NCBI RefSeq assembly: GCF_033153115.1 | Contig: NW_026889805.1 | Coordinates: 5,332,001 to 5,396,000, forward strand | Direction of reading: 5' to 3' | DNA: 64,000 nucleotides | From: Saccostrea echinata | Lineage: Eukaryota | Part shown: positions 1 through 20,467 of the stretch, piece by piece | Position numbering within the stretch: position 1 is the first letter of the stretch | Layout of the letters: the number at the start of each line of letters is the position of its first letter | Notes under the pieces: generated by a model | What the model saw: only the letters and a program-made list of their open reading frames with translations | What the model was told of the DNA's origin: nothing | Databases searched by the model: none | Translations under genes and position numbers: made by a program

Positions 1-1397
1 AAATGTTTCTCTTAGTACACCATTCCCATATTTCCACTGCAAGTTTATTGCAAATTTGAGATTTTATGCCACCCATATTATTAATATAACTAATGGCAGT
101 AGTATTATCTGATAATATTCTTACATATTTGTTTTTCACAATATTCACAAATGATCTCAAAGCAAAGTAAATTGCAAGCATTTCTAAGTAATTTATGTGA
201 TTCATTTTTTCTTCTTCTTTCCATCTTCCACCAGTTCTGATATTATCTTGTGTGCATATTGCTCCCCAACCTAACAAAGATGCATCAGTTTGAATAGTAA
301 TCTCTGGGTTACCTCTAGAGATAAGTCTTATCTGAGAATGAATATTGGAACACCACCAACTTAGTTCTTCTTTCATTTTTATAGTGATTGACATTAAGGA
401 ATCAAAATTCCCTTTAGCTTCTTTTAAATGCTTTATTTTCTCTGTTTCTAGCAATCTGTAATGTAATTTTCCTAATTCTGTAGCTGAGAAACTCGAAATA
501 ATCAGTCCAATGACTCGAGCTACAGTTCTTATTTTAGCGCGATCTTTATTCAATAAACACTTGCATTCTTCATAAATAATGTCTTTCTTCTCCTCAGTCA
601 ATTCAATAGTCATTCTTTCAGAATTTATTACATTTCCCAAAAATGTGATACACTTCTTGGGTTCAAATTGACTTTTCTTTCCATGAATCACAAAACCAAA
701 TTTTTCAAGATATTCTCTTGTGATGTTCACATTCATTCTACACTCATCAATAGTATCTCCAAACAGTAAAACATCATCAATGTAAGTCATGCTAAGATAA
801 CCTAATGTTCTAAGCTTTGCAAAGATTGGTTTGAGAACCTTTGTGAATATTCTAGGTGCTGATGACAAACCAAATGGTAAGCAGGTATATTGAAATATTT
901 TCCCTTTCCATCTAAATCTCAAATATTTTTGATGCTCCATTGCTATTGGAATTGTATGATAGGCATGTCTTATGTCAATTGATGCCATAAAACAATTTTC
1001 CTTGACCAGATTTACTGCAGATTCAAAAGTATCCATCTTGAAATGATGGTATACTACATATTCATTTAGATTTTTTAAATTAAGAATAACTCTGTATTCC
1101 CCATTTTTCTTTGGTCTAACAAATATAGATGACAGAAATTGATCTGGTCCAGGAATTGCCTCAACAATAGCTCCCATTTTTAATAAACTCTCAATTTCTT
1201 GATCTATCACTTCAGATTCTACTGAATTAAATTTAGGTTCATACAAATTACATTTGCTACATCATCTACAAATTCTATTTTACAGTTTTCAACTATCTGT
1301 AATACATTTTTATCTGATGTAATTTTTTCCCATTCTTTGGAAAAATATTTCAATCTACCTGCATAAAATTCAACACTTTTCTCACTAACCTCATCAT
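1..1397 (-). pseudogene. DIRS reverse transcriptase/RNase H ORF, apparent frameshift near 1255, truncated by window edge
   Basis: Manual translation: YIDD at ~775-786 and RNase H TDAS at ~280-291. The N-terminal FYAGRL...CKIEF segment is in a different frame from the downstream EPKFNSVE...RT. Confidence 0.8.
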
Positions 1398-2753
1398 TTA
1401 TTGAGTCTTGCTTTTCTGTTGAGTGTTGCTCTTCTTGGAGTTTTTTGGATAAAATTGTCCACTAACTTCACCACTGTTTCTGTTCGAATATCCGTAATTT
1501 GGATTATATGCAGAATTGCTATAATTTCCACGTCCTCTTGGTCTGCGACCTCTAAATCTTCCTCTCATTCGACCTCTGAATGATCCTCCTCTGTTATTGT
1601 ACTGCAGCTTATGACCAATCTTACTGCAATCTTCAATTTCTTTTGCCGTTTTTGAAATTTCGTCACCAAATAACCATGACGTATAAGGTACAGTTTGTGC
1701 ACACAAATGCAAGTATTCATATCTCAATTCAGGCTTGATAAGCTCTCGTCTTGTCATGTTCACTTGTCTATTTGCATGTCCAAAGAGTGCTAAACTATCA
1801 TTGCATTCATCTATTATCTTTCCCAATTTCGTTTTATGTGAATCATCCAATTCATTCTCCAAGTCTGCTAATTTGTTTACAACTTTGGCCAAGATAATGG
1901 AACCTTTAACAACAGAGGTTTCGATGTTTTGCATTTTTCTATCAATAGTTTTTGCTTCTTGAGATATAATATCCCAAACAAGTTGGTTTGTCTTCACAAC
2001 TTTTAGGCCTTCACAGTTTTCTGGTCTTGCATTGTTTTCATCTTTAATCAGATCTGAATATTGATCTTCATTCATTCCATTTCTAAACAAATCTGTTATG
2101 TTTGTAGCCAAAGTCTCATCTATTTTCACATCACACACTTCTCTGCTCTTAAATCTTTTGCTCATGTTCATAAAACGACTTGTATTTTCTTGAACAGCTT
2201 CTGTGTCCAACTGATCACTCTTCCTTTTCCCAGAAGTATTATCTGGATTTTCAACATTATCATCAGTACGCTGAATATTACTACAACTCTCGTCATATGC
2301 TTGATCATCATCGTAACATTCGTAATCATCACAGTCTTGAAATTCGTTTTCTATTCTATTGACTTTGTTATTCAACGTGCCAATAATTTCATCATGTTTT
2401 TTCTGGTTTTCAAGTATTGTAGTCAATATACCCATAATTTGACTATCGTTTTGTGTATTATCACTATCGGCTTTGTTATGGACATCGGCCACAACTTTCA
2501 TAGATTTTTTCGTTCCGCTGGACCTTGTACTTGTAGCACTTACCGTAGTACCAACAGAACTTCCGTGTTTCTTAGTTTTTGTTCCCTGAACCTCAGTTTT
2601 ATTCTTTTTGGTAACCTCGTTACCCTTGAATGTTTCGTCTGTTGTCTTTTCTGTATCTATTTCTTCCTCAAAGCTAGTAGTGCTACGTAATTGTTTCTTT
2701 TGAATCATTTGTTCCGCCATTTTTACTACTTTATCATAAAGAAGTCGTAACAC
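1398..2753 (-). CDS. DIRS ORF1 / gag-like protein (451 aa)
   Basis: Long open ORF ending in an RG-rich tail (WLFGDE...RGRMRGRFRGRRPRGRG), directly upstream of the RT frame. Confidence 0.8.
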   Translation of the reverse strand: MLRLLYDKVVKMAEQMIQKKQLRSTTSFEEEIDTEKTTDETFKGNEVTKKNKTEVQGTKTKKHGSSVGTTVSATSTRSSGTKKSMKVVADVHNKADSDNTQNDSQIMGILTTILENQKKHDEIIGTLNNKVNRIENEFQDCDDYECYDDDQAYDESCSNIQRTDDNVENPDNTSGKRKSDQLDTEAVQENTSRFMNMSKRFKSREVCDVKIDETLATNITDLFRNGMNEDQYSDLIKDENNARPENCEGLKVVKTNQLVWDIISQEAKTIDRKMQNIETSVVKGSIILAKVVNKLADLENELDDSHKTKLGKIIDECNDSLALFGHANRQVNMTRRELIKPELRYEYLHLCAQTVPYTSWLFGDEISKTAKEIEDCSKIGHKLQYNNRGGSFRGRMRGRFRGRRPRGRGNYSNSAYNPNYGYSNRNSGEVSGQFYPKNSKKSNTQQKSKTQ

Positions 2754-2995
2754 CGCTTTATGGTAGTCGTAAAAACAAAACTCCTCGAGTTTTGTAAACT
2801 AATAAACGTGTCTAAAAATTACCAGTAACGATACCAAGTAATTACAAAATATGAGTTAACCACGTTAACCCAGACACGAACTGAAGTTGCTAAAGGAAAG
2901 ACCACGTCCTTCCCTATTCATAACTCGTACCACACTGAGGTTGCACATGCGTACTACTATCTCACATAATTCCGGAAGTAATTATGACGAAATAG

Positions 2996-3181
2996 AATTA
3001 CCTCGATGAAAAATAAGACTTTGAATAGGATACAAAAGCTTCCGGTTGGGGTTATAAATGAAGGATAAAATCAGAGACCTCGGAATGGAATACTCGGAAG
3101 TCTCTGGTTTTATCGTACATTTATAACCCCAACCGGAAGCTTTTGTATCCCATTCAAAGTCTTATTTTGTATCGAGGAATT
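2996..3181. repeat. ~185-bp near-perfect palindrome (foldback MITE) abutting the DIRS end
   Basis: cctcgat..aataagactttgaat.ggatacaaaagcttccggttggggttataaatg is mirrored by catttataaccccaaccggaagcttttgtatcc.attcaaagtcttatttt..atcgagg. Confidence 0.9.
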
Positions 3182-3305
3182 TTCAAGGATGAATTAGTGT
3201 AAATTCAACTCATTTAAATGGTTTTATTTTTGAATAAACATAGAAATTTAAAAAGTAAACCTTGCAACTGTGTCCAGGCCCCTTTCAAATATTCACCAAT
3301 GCAAG

Positions 3306-3518
3306 TTTGTTTGTTTGTTTGTATCTTGTTTAACGTCCCTCCCGAGAATTTTTCACTCATAGGGAGACGCCACCACTTGCCGGTGGAGAGCTGCAAATTT
3401 TGTCCTATACTCGGCACTTACGGCCATTGAGCAGTTAGGGATCTTTTTCGTGCCAGCACCTACTGCGACACGGGACCTCGGTTTATACGGTCTCATGCGA
3501 AGGACCGGTCTCCACGTC
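3306..3518 (-). mobile_element. 5'-truncated SINE (Deu/Nin-like core, (AAAC)n tail)
   Basis: Reverse complement carries gatgagaccgtataaaccgaggtcccgtgtc and the aaacaaac tail; similar to the copy at 29625-29930. Confidence 0.7.
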
Positions 3519-3674
3519 ATGGGCAGAAAATAAACTCAGAAGCGACCTTTCCACACTCATTCGCAGTTACATAACATTTCATGCGATTTCAATTATTCAA
3601 GATTACGATACTTTGTGATCAAGCAGTCGCGGGTAGGAAAGAGCTATAAGCGGACTCCCGACTGTGGCTTGAGA

Positions 3675-4395
3675 CGATGGCCCAGAATCCGTCCCAGGGG
3701 CCACAACTTCCACAATTCTGGAAGAGGCATCCTTGCTTATAACCATGCCCTTAGTTTGTCTGCCGAATACTCATTACAGAGGCCGAACGGATTTTCAAAT
3801 AATACATTTTTATTTTTCACTTCTGTAGAGCCCTACCCTAACTCCAGAATCCCAGACCCTAGGGCCATAAAATTTCATAATTTTGGTAGAAGCACTGTTG
3901 CTCATTATAACCATGCACTTTCACTTTATGACATATAGAGCCTCGTCCTAACACCAGAACCCCAAATTAAAAAATTTTCAGTGACCCAATTCCTCATCAC
4001 ATCTAAGCACTGGTCTGCTATATATAAAGGACGAGATTTTTGTATAATTTGTGCATTTTCAGTACATGATCTATAGAGCCCCATCCTCACCTCGGGACCA
4101 TGAATTTTCACAACTTTGGTAGAGAGCTCAACTGCTTATTACAATTATGCCAACAGCTCGATTCTTTTATGTCCAAAAGTAAATAAGATTTTCTGAAGAT
4201 TGCATTAGTTTTGGATTTAGCCCAACCCTCAGGGGTACAGGGACCATGAACTCCACAGTTTTGTTCCCCTTCACCCATTGATGCTACATGTGAAAATTGG
4301 TTGAAATCGAATAGTTCCAGAGAAGCTAAAATGTGCAAATATTAACGCATGAAGGACGAAATCAGATAGCAATAGGTCACCTGAGTGACTCAGGT
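3675..4395 (-). mobile_element. Degenerate Helentron/HINE-like element with decayed ~165-bp internal repeats
   Basis: Recurrent ccagggg..cca..aa.tttcacaattttggtaga units and a terminal ggtcacctgagtgactcaggt palindrome. Confidence 0.55.
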
Positions 4396-4934
4396 ATGAT
4401 CCAGATAGGGCAAAAAGGGAAGAGAAAACATGCTCAAGACAAGGAATTTACAGAGAAGTTTCTGACCTTGACTTGAAATTGGTTCAAGATCACTGCACAC
4501 CCTTTACCCAAAATCACTCCATTGGTGAATTTGAGCCAGATTGGGCCAGGTTCTTCACTAGCCAAGGGTATCTGATCCACTATTCTCCTCAAAACATCTA
4601 GGGTTTGTGAGAGGAGTAGTGGATCCTAGGGTTTGTGGGGAGACTAGTGCATCAGATGGGCTAAAAGAAGAAAAATATGCTCCAAACAAGGTGGTGATTT
4701 TCACCTTTACCTTTGATCAAGAAATTTGGTTCAAGGTCACTGCACGTCTATCCATAGACACTCATTGGAGAAGTCTGAGCGAGTTTGTGTCAAGTACTTT
4801 CTTGACAATGAATATCTGACCACGGACAGTAACAGACTTATCACCATAGGGCAACCACAGTAGAACCCCGACCCCAAGTTCATAAAACCAAAAATACATT
4901 TCTTTCCAAACATCTTTTTACATCCTACTGATTA

Positions 4935-5119
4935 CTGTAGATTCCTTATTTTTCGTAAAAAATCGCGAGAAAAAAATAATTTGTGAGTGGCTGATTGATC
5001 GAGATTTTACATTGATTTCAGCACGATAAAAATAAAAGCGGGTAACTTTATTTCGCGAGTGGTGCTTCTCGCGTAATTACATGATAATTAATTCCTCGCA
5101 TATATTTAGGAATCTACAG
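4935..5119. mobile_element. MITE, TA target site (Tc1/mariner-like)
   Basis: ta|ctgtagattcct ... aggaatctacag|ta terminal inverted repeats. Confidence 0.75.
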
Positions 5120-5230
5120 TAATCTGTTCTCATAAAGAAGGCTTAAATCAGAAACACCTCAATAGCTGCTGAAATCAAAAATATTACTACATGTATCAAT
5201 CAAAAAATATAATCCAGAAAATGAAAAGTA

Positions 5231-5236
5231 TTTATT
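5231..5236 (-). promoter_or_regulatory. Likely DDX39B polyadenylation signal
   Basis: tttatt on + equals AATAAA on -, about 270 nt downstream of the stop codon. Confidence 0.6.
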
Positions 5237-5508
5237 TACAAGATAAAACATATCACAGTGCACCCTGTGCAGATCTTATGTCAACTAAGAGTTCTAGGTA
5301 AACAACCGACAGTTTGTCCCAACATATTTCCACATCATCTTAAAAACAAAAAAATATTCAATACAAATATGATTTAATGAAATGACAGACATGATTTTGC
5401 TATGAATCAGAATAGTATGACCTCACTAAAAATATACAGCTTCCTCAAATTGTTCATTGTCTATGTTTTCTTGGTAAAAGTCTCTCAAATCACACGTCTT
5501 CCAAGTGT

Positions 5509-13107
<7,599 letters not shown>

Positions 13108-13717
13108 GGTGTTTCTGAAAATGCACAAATAAAAGAATTACTTAAATTCAATCAGTATGATAAATTCCATTTTATATAAGTGCTTTATGATTATTCTATT
13201 ACCAGCACAAACAGTTGGGAACATGAATCAAATCAGTTTGATTAAATCAATACTCAAAAGGAAAATTTTGTATCACACTTGACCCTTATCGTTTATATGC
13301 CAAAATTAAAGAAAATGCCTGAAATTTCGTAAGTTTTAAAGTGTCACGACTTTTGTTCTTATATCTTCATGAAATAAAATCAAATGTCAAGCTTTTAATG
13401 AGCTCTTTCCATTGACTTAAAATATGGACTTTACAGTTTCCAAACTTAAAATTTAGCTAGGGTTTCTAATTTCATAATTTGTGGCTTTTCGACTATCAAA
13501 TTATACTGGTTCTTACAGAAATAAAAAATCCAAGACAACAATCTGCTCACAATTATTATCTCAAGTAGCTTTCACAGAATACTCCCTTCAAAAACAGAAC
13601 CCATTGCCATCAGAATTCAAAGGATAACCGCTTAAAGTCAATCTACACCTTGAGTCATTTTGATGGGCAGTTAGTGCAATAGTTATAAATGATTGTCCAT
13701 CTCAAATGTTTATATAA

Positions 13718-13863
13718 TAAATAACAATTTTAGAAACTTCACTGGGAAATGAGGTGGGTAGGTACATGATCAAATTTTCTGAGAATGCCTTTGGTCTTCA
13801 CAGGATTTGATCATGTGACCGACCCATTTCATTTCCCAGTGAAATTTTTAAACTTGCTATTTA
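13718..13863. repeat. Palindromic MITE
   Basis: ttcactgggaaatga..tgggt..gt.catgatcaaa is mirrored by tttgatcatg.gacc.accca.ttcatttcccagtgaa. Confidence 0.75.
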
Positions 13864-14202
13864 CTTATTAAATATATATTTATTTATTCTTTCATTGATG
13901 TAGATCTACAGGGCTCCATCTGGAGCACTGACCTACATAGGTAAAAGGTTAAAATCTTGTAGTGAAGGGCTATTGGATTAGAATCTGGATAAAAACAATG
14001 TCCCTATTTACAGTGTCATGTTCTCAAGTGAATCAGTGTGTAAGGTATGCTGTGGCAAGGAGTTCCAGAGGGAAATAATGGCTGGAAGATTCCAGATAAA
14101 CCTATAGCTAAAAACAAAATGACAGGCATACTCCACTGTTTAACTAAAGCCCGAATTGAGGAGGGGGTAAAAATGGTGTTATACACCTTCATTTACATTA
14201 GG

Positions 14203-15459
14203 CAGGTTGGGCACACACACACCACCAAATGGTCATTTATCCCCCGTTCGGTGCTCAATCGCCCATATCGGAGTCGTATTTACTGACCAAATGGTAGTCT
14301 TTTTTATTCAAATCCAATTTTTATAAAAATAAAGCAAAGGCGCATTCGTATAGGCCTCGGGGAATTTTAGTAATCATATTCCTCGCACAATTAATACAGT
14401 TCGGTCGATTTTCCATGTGTAATTTCTGTGGAACTTCGTAAAAACGATACCTACAGCTGTCTGTGAAGGCCGAACTTCTTGCTTAATCAATCCAAAAAAT
14501 ATTTTCTTGTGTTTAGTTTAATAAAAATTCTATTTAGACCAGTGGTTTAACTCTTTAGAAGTTAACTTTCAATCGATCTTTGGATCTTTGTCTAAATAAA
14601 TCTCTATAGAATCCAGTTAAACACGAGCTCCTCATACTTTACTGGTATGGTGGGCACTTACTGCTATAATAGTCATTTTTTCTACATTTGAATGTAACAT
14701 TTATTCTTTATTTACTTTTAGGATGAAGTTGCGATTTCTGTGCGACCTTTGTGGTTTAGTATGCATATTTGTGATGAATCTACTACATTTAGTCAAAGAT
14801 TTTGAATAAAAGATTTACAAAGTGACAGTTGCTATTATTCTTGATTTAAATTCCAAGAACATCGTTTTGAAGCAATTATTATATCATGATCTCATGTACA
14901 TTTTATTTTTATAAAGAATAAAGCCATTACGTACAAAATAAACGAAATAAAAGCAAATTCATCTTTTTCCTTTTACTTTCTAATTGAAAATTGACGCTAA
15001 TGTGTCTCCGTAGTTAAATCAGACTTTTGACCCGGTTCGGAAAAGATCATCATTTCTTATTGGTTTAAATTACTTGATTGGTTGCCCGGATGATAAAAAT
15101 AGAAAGTAAGAAACATGATGAACAGGTGCAACTACGTTTGGGAAGGAGAGAAAATTTCTTTTTAAAGTCAAAACACAGAAACGTTGTACTTGTCTGCATT
15201 GGTGATGATTTGGTAAAAAATTGAATGACACTGCGCAAAAAACTCCGTGTTGAATTTCCAATTTTTTTTGTTCATAGTACCGATAAATGTTTATATTTTA
15301 TTCCCCACGAGTTAATATTATGCGCCATTTCACCCCATTCCACAGAATTGAACAAAACGATTTTACTCTCCCAAACGGTCAGTAAATACCGACTCCGATA
15401 TGGGCGATTGACCACCAAACGGGGGTTAAATGACCATTTGGTGGTGTGTGCCCAACCTG
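14203..15459. mobile_element. Non-autonomous DNA transposon with ~85-bp TIRs (no clear TSD)
   Basis: caggttgggcacaca..ccaccaaatggtcattt...gtatttactgacc and its inverse at 15377-15459. Confidence 0.85.
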
Positions 15460-15963
15460 TTGGGGGGGGGGATTTTTATGATAGGGTTTCATTTGTTACT
15501 GGTAAAAATTCAGACTCTGTTGCCATTAAACATTTGATCCCAGTCTCATTTTTCTACTATCTTAATTTTATTCTTTATGCAAGAGCGAGACCCTTCAAAA
15601 GTGAGCTTGCCTAAAGTCCCAGATGCCGTTTACCGTTCGGTACAACTGCCTACTTATGACAATACATAAAACAAAACGCCAAAAGTATAACATGAATTTT
15701 GGCTTTTATTCTCTCTAATTCAGTTATAAGTATCACTCTCTGTTTCACTAACTTCGTACTTAGTATTACAATACAATGGCGTCTATTCTCTATATATATG
15801 AAATATACACCATCTCTATACAAAGGATTACTGTTCCAGGAAACATACTATGTAACAAAATAAATACTTAGTTTGATTAAGACAAGCTTATAATGCATTC
15901 TTCAATAAATATTGTGCTTGTGTTTCTTACACAACCAGAGGATTGCAAAAGATTTAAGGTTAC

Positions 15964-16045
15964 CTGTCTTCGTTATTTCACGACTCGTCAGATGTAATGG
16001 CGTTCGTAAGGTGCCGAGTGATTGGTCAAAAATAAACCAATGAAT
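15964..16045 (-). promoter_or_regulatory. Probable non-coding first exon and core promoter of DDX39B
   Basis: Donor ACAG|GTAACC at 15964, CpG-containing segment with a YY1-like CGCCATT motif and two CCAAT boxes (~16021, ~16037). The ATG exon has an acceptor at 13114 that needs an upstream exon. Confidence 0.55.
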
Positions 16046-16128
16046 AAGCTACATTTGATTTTGTCATTGCATTCCAAAACTTATTCGATCAAACCAATAT
16101 TCTGAAGAAAAAAAATGTTTCGGGTTCT

Positions 16129-16224
16129 TTAAAAATCATTGTCGAAAACCCACGGTCGGTCTCGCTTCTCTTAACTCGAGGTAAGAGAAGCGAGACCGAG
16201 CGTGGGTTTCCGACGATTTTTAAA
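16129..16224. repeat. ~95-bp hairpin between two ~57-bp direct repeats (16034-16090 and 16270-16326)
   Basis: aaaaatc..tgtcg.aaacccacg.tcggtctcgcttctctta / taagagaagcgagaccga.cgtgggttt.cgacgattttt. Confidence 0.8.
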
Positions 16225-17842
16225 ATTTACCACAAGCCAATTGCCACTTTTTAGATAAATAATAATAATAAACCAGTAAATAAGCTACATTGATATAGAT
16301 CACTGTATTCCAAAACTTATTTGATCATATGGTGATGCATTCGATCGGATTATTCCGTAGCCTACGAATCGGCCTAAGTGTGCATATATTTCTTATGGAC
16401 GTACTGTATATGGATCCGGTCCACAATAAAAGGGTGAAGGTCAACCACACTAAATAAATTGGAGGTAGGAAATTGACATGTCTGACTTTCATTGACTGCA
16501 GAAGGACAAATCGCAAATAAATGACACAAACCGCCTTAAAGAATGGCTTTAACAAACCTAGAATTCTACCTTTATTTGGTGAACAAGGAAATAATAGAGC
16601 AAAGTGGATCATAAACCCTTGACTTGGGAAGATGATAAACGCTTAAATCACGCTTTTTTCGCTGTTACGCACTGTTCACATACAGGTCACGTGCTACCCA
16701 CATATTAGCGTTGCTTGATGACGCGACCTCTACTTTTAGAATTGGAAAGTTACGCATTAACCCCCCCCCTTTTTCAAATAAAATAAAATAAAATAAAATA
16801 AATACAATAAAATAGAATAAATTTATGAAAGGTTTTTTCGTCTATCGAATTTTTTATTTCCCGTTTTTTTCGCATGGCATTTTTTCTTATCAGGTACGTT
16901 AACGTTGACTTGTCAATTATATTTTTAGCTTCCTCTTTCCCCTCTATGGAAAAGAAAACTTTGCTACATGCCTGTTATTTGCTGAACCGGACTCCCATAC
17001 TCTGTATACCATCGGCTCATACACGTCTGAGAGAGGAACAAACGACAACTCTGCACAGGCTAATTGTGCTCAGTTATTGGTGTTAGCACAGTGTACTTGT
17101 TTATTATACAAATACACAGGTATTTAACAGCAACGTACTCAGCCCGCTTAATAACTATTCTTTTTATGTTTACTTGATACCGGTCTTGTAGAGTAGGCTT
17201 TCCCTTCCCCGAAAAACTACAACTGATATATATGTAGCTCTAAAGTAGGATTTCCTGCTGGAAAATAGGCTCTAACTAGGGTAGGATTTCCCCAAGGAAA
17301 AATGATTCCAGAGTAGGATTCCCCCTACGGAAATTTCCTACCAGATTCAATTTTCCGGCGGGGGGGGGGGTCCTACTCTGTGTAATAGTTATAGAGTGTG
17401 ATTTCCCCCAGAGCCAATTTTTTTCCCAGAACAATATCATAGCTGTACTTATGTACGGGGTGGGTGGGTTTGTTTATAAGTGTTCCTTCTTGAAAATAAT
17501 GGCGGCCAGTTCCATTGAAACATACGAAGAATGAAAGTTGAAAATTTTAAATCTCATTCTTCATAGTTACTGTCCAACCAATTCTTTTTGGAGCATCAAA
17601 ATCTTTTTCTTTACATCTGGTCAAACGGATTTCTGGGAAAAAATTGGTACAGTGTAAACCTTTGGACATTTTCAACAATGGAAGCAAAAGGGAATTTTAT
17701 TTAAAATCAATATTTTTTTTCTCCAGTTGTATTTCAAACTACATGTGCATAATATTGATGTGTAAGTGTCTCTCCAAGATTCTTCTGTTTTAATATCCAG
17801 AATAGCTACCGTTCACAAAGAACTAAAAATAGGTCATTTATT

Positions 17843-17888
<46 letters not shown>

Positions 17889-20250
17889 AAATTTTGCAAA
17901 ACTTTTAGAGAGTATATGCTCTCTGCATTCAAATCCAACATTACACTGTTGGGGTCGAGTATCAAATTCATTATACAACGTAACTAATCCGAATCATTCC
18001 CCAAATCGTATTTCAGAAAAAGCGCAGACAGAGAACAAAAAACTCTGACAAGCACAAACGCGCACGCACGCGTATACATGTACATAACCATGATGACATC
18101 ATAGACTGCTGTTTTCTAACTTGTATATAGTATGGACACTGCTCTCCACAGCTGTCACTCACAATAATTAACCAAAATCTAAAAAGCCAGTCCGCCTGTC
18201 GGTCAGGCCTTATAAAGCCTTCATTCTGTGATGGATCTATTGGGTCAATTTCGATATGGAGCTCTCCGTGTCCTGGTATATGTAAATTTAATACGTATTT
18301 CAATGTGTCGAGCTATCACATATATGATATGATATTTATGACCAATATGATTAGGGAACGACCGAACGGTGACCAAATTCACATCCTCAATATTCAGAAA
18401 AATGCATGTATATAGGAATAGAAATGTACCAGTTTTTCTTCTGGTAAGATTTTGTATTTTCATCAAATATTTTATCACACTACCTTTTAATTCCTTATTA
18501 TTAGAGAATAACGAAATTCCATGACTTCTGTTTTGAATAAATTAAAACTATCAATAATTTCAAATTATTCCAATCTCATGCTCGTATTAACATTTAGAGA
18601 TAACAACGGTTCGATTTTAAAGCGACAAAGTGTTTTTTTTTTTTTAAACTTTAAAGAACAACTTTAAAGAACACAATAGGTAATTATTCCTGGCTTCATT
18701 TGAAATTATTGAGTGAGATATTAAGTTTTAAAATTTAGTTTAATTTTAAAATCTAATATCTCTTTGTAACACTTGATGTCCCATTTTGATTCTATCCAGG
18801 CCACGGGCATAAGCTTAGATTTGACAAGTATTAGCTTTCTTAAAAAGCTGGTCTGACGTGAGCAAAATTTATTATTATACGAAGAATTAAGAAAAGTTGA
18901 ATCCAGCGTAATCAACATCATTCTGAGTCCAGAAATAAGTTATTTTGCTAAGAAACAAAAGAAAGTTCAATCCCGCGGCATCAACATGAAGTAAAACTCA
19001 GATATGAATTTATTCTATTTATACTGACAAATATTACCTGTAATTTTCTTTTTTTCTTGGCCGTAGGACCCCCCCCCCCCGTATTTTGCTGATATATATA
19101 CTTTTAATTATATGCTATAAAAACACTTATGCTACTTTATGCTCGATTCCCATAACTCAAGTAAATAATAACGTATGAAATTCATGATAATTTTTTTTAC
19201 TTGATATTAATGATAAGGAATTTTTCCTTAATAGTGCCCCTCCTCTATTGAAATTTTTGGTTGTGGATTCCCTCCCCATGAAAATTCTTCCGACTAGCCT
19301 TTTCCTAGATACATAAATATAACCACTGCTTTTGAAAGAAAAAGATAAAACATATTAAAAAATCTAAACATCAGTAAAATTCGTGAACAGTTGGGGGAAT
19401 TATTTTTTTTTTAATCATAAACTTGTTTTAAATGAGCAAACGTCAGCAGAGTTATGCATATGTGTATTTCTTAATTAAGGTAGAAAGACTGTATGCATTG
19501 AAAATAAACATCTATTAGTTAATCTGATAAGGATATTCGGCATATATGTTGACCTGATCGACCAGATTCCTGTTGTTTTCCTGGACGTACATGAATAATT
19601 GTAATGTATAAGAGAGTGGGCAAATGTTATATTATGTATAATGTGATAATAATTAGGACCAATGCTTTGGTTTGTTTGGATGTTTAGCCATTAATCCCCA
19701 TGCTCTCAAAATTGATAGTTAAGATAGAATGAAGTTTCTAAGATCGAGTTATCACAATAATTCTATTGAACGACTTGACCAACAAGCCTTGGCTAAATCT
19801 AATACTGTCTGACGCCATGACGTCAGACAATAAAATGCAGCCATGTTATTCCAAAAAGAAAACTTCACTGTTTCAAAAACGTTTATAGATATTCCTTTTT
19901 AAAATTCACTCGCAAGAACTTAATTTGAATAATTTAGTTTATGTTAGGTGATATCAAATAAAATTCATTTGAAATATTTAGGACTTTTTTGCTCTGAAAG
20001 ATGGAATTCTGTAATTTCTCCAGTAATACTTTCAGCCATTGGTAGTTTTATCCGGCAAATCAAGAGGTCTCTGCATTGGTTTTAAAGCTTACACGACATA
20101 CATTGCTTAAGTGAAAAATCAAAGGAAAATATTTTTGTTTTAAATACAGAAAAGAAAAATGGTCTGTGGTCATTCAAATCCCCTCCTCGCTTTTAAATAA
20201 TTTATATAACCTCTGTGTCATGACTATGGAAGCGGGAATTAAGGAGCCAG

Positions 20251-20467
20251 GGGCCCGTTTTACAAAAGAACTTACGACTAAGACCAAAACTTTAGCTGAT
20301 TGTAAAAATGTTTCAAATTTAATGATTTTCATTGAAATTGCCAGCATAAAAATATCTTGTTAAATTCTTTCTAAAAATATTAAAATCATTTTCAAATCAA
20401 TATAAAATTAGTTATAAGTAGAATTAAATGTTGGTCTTAGTCGTAAGTTCTTTTGTAAAACAGGCCC
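20251..20467. mobile_element. PIF/Harbinger-type MITE
   Basis: cag|gggcccgttttacaaaagaacttacgactaagaccaa ... ttggtcttagtcgtaagttcttttgtaaaacaggccc|cag, with a 3-bp CWG TSD. Confidence 0.85.

Larger units (their letters stand above)
1..3010 (-). mobile_element. DIRS-type (tyrosine recombinase) retrotransposon, 5' portion; continues off the left edge
   Basis: Gag-like ORF1 followed by an RT/RNase H frame with DIRS-style motifs (FYAGRLKYFSKEWEKIT, YRVILNLK, HFKMDT, LPFGLSSAPRIFTK, YIDD, TDASLLGWG, HINYLEM, DNTTAISYIN). The 5' boundary is approximate. Confidence 0.9.

Noticed and set aside
2061-2690. 209-aa plus-strand ORF and other short antisense ORFs in the track
   Set aside because: These are shadows of real coding exons or repeats on the opposite strand, with no recognisable motifs.
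13895-14015. Two-hairpin structure in DDX39B intron 1
   Set aside because: The H and ACA boxes overlap the stems or are misplaced, so it cannot be supported as a snoRNA.
18013-18478. Short minus-strand ORFs (e.g. ..GHGELHIEIDPIDP..)
   Set aside because: No recognisable domain or consistent splice structure; they cannot be supported without a search.
20021-20061. Candidate upstream signal-peptide exon for the giant protein
   Set aside because: Its open frames end in phase 1 or 2, whereas the 21082 acceptor needs phase 0; the true first exon is unresolved.
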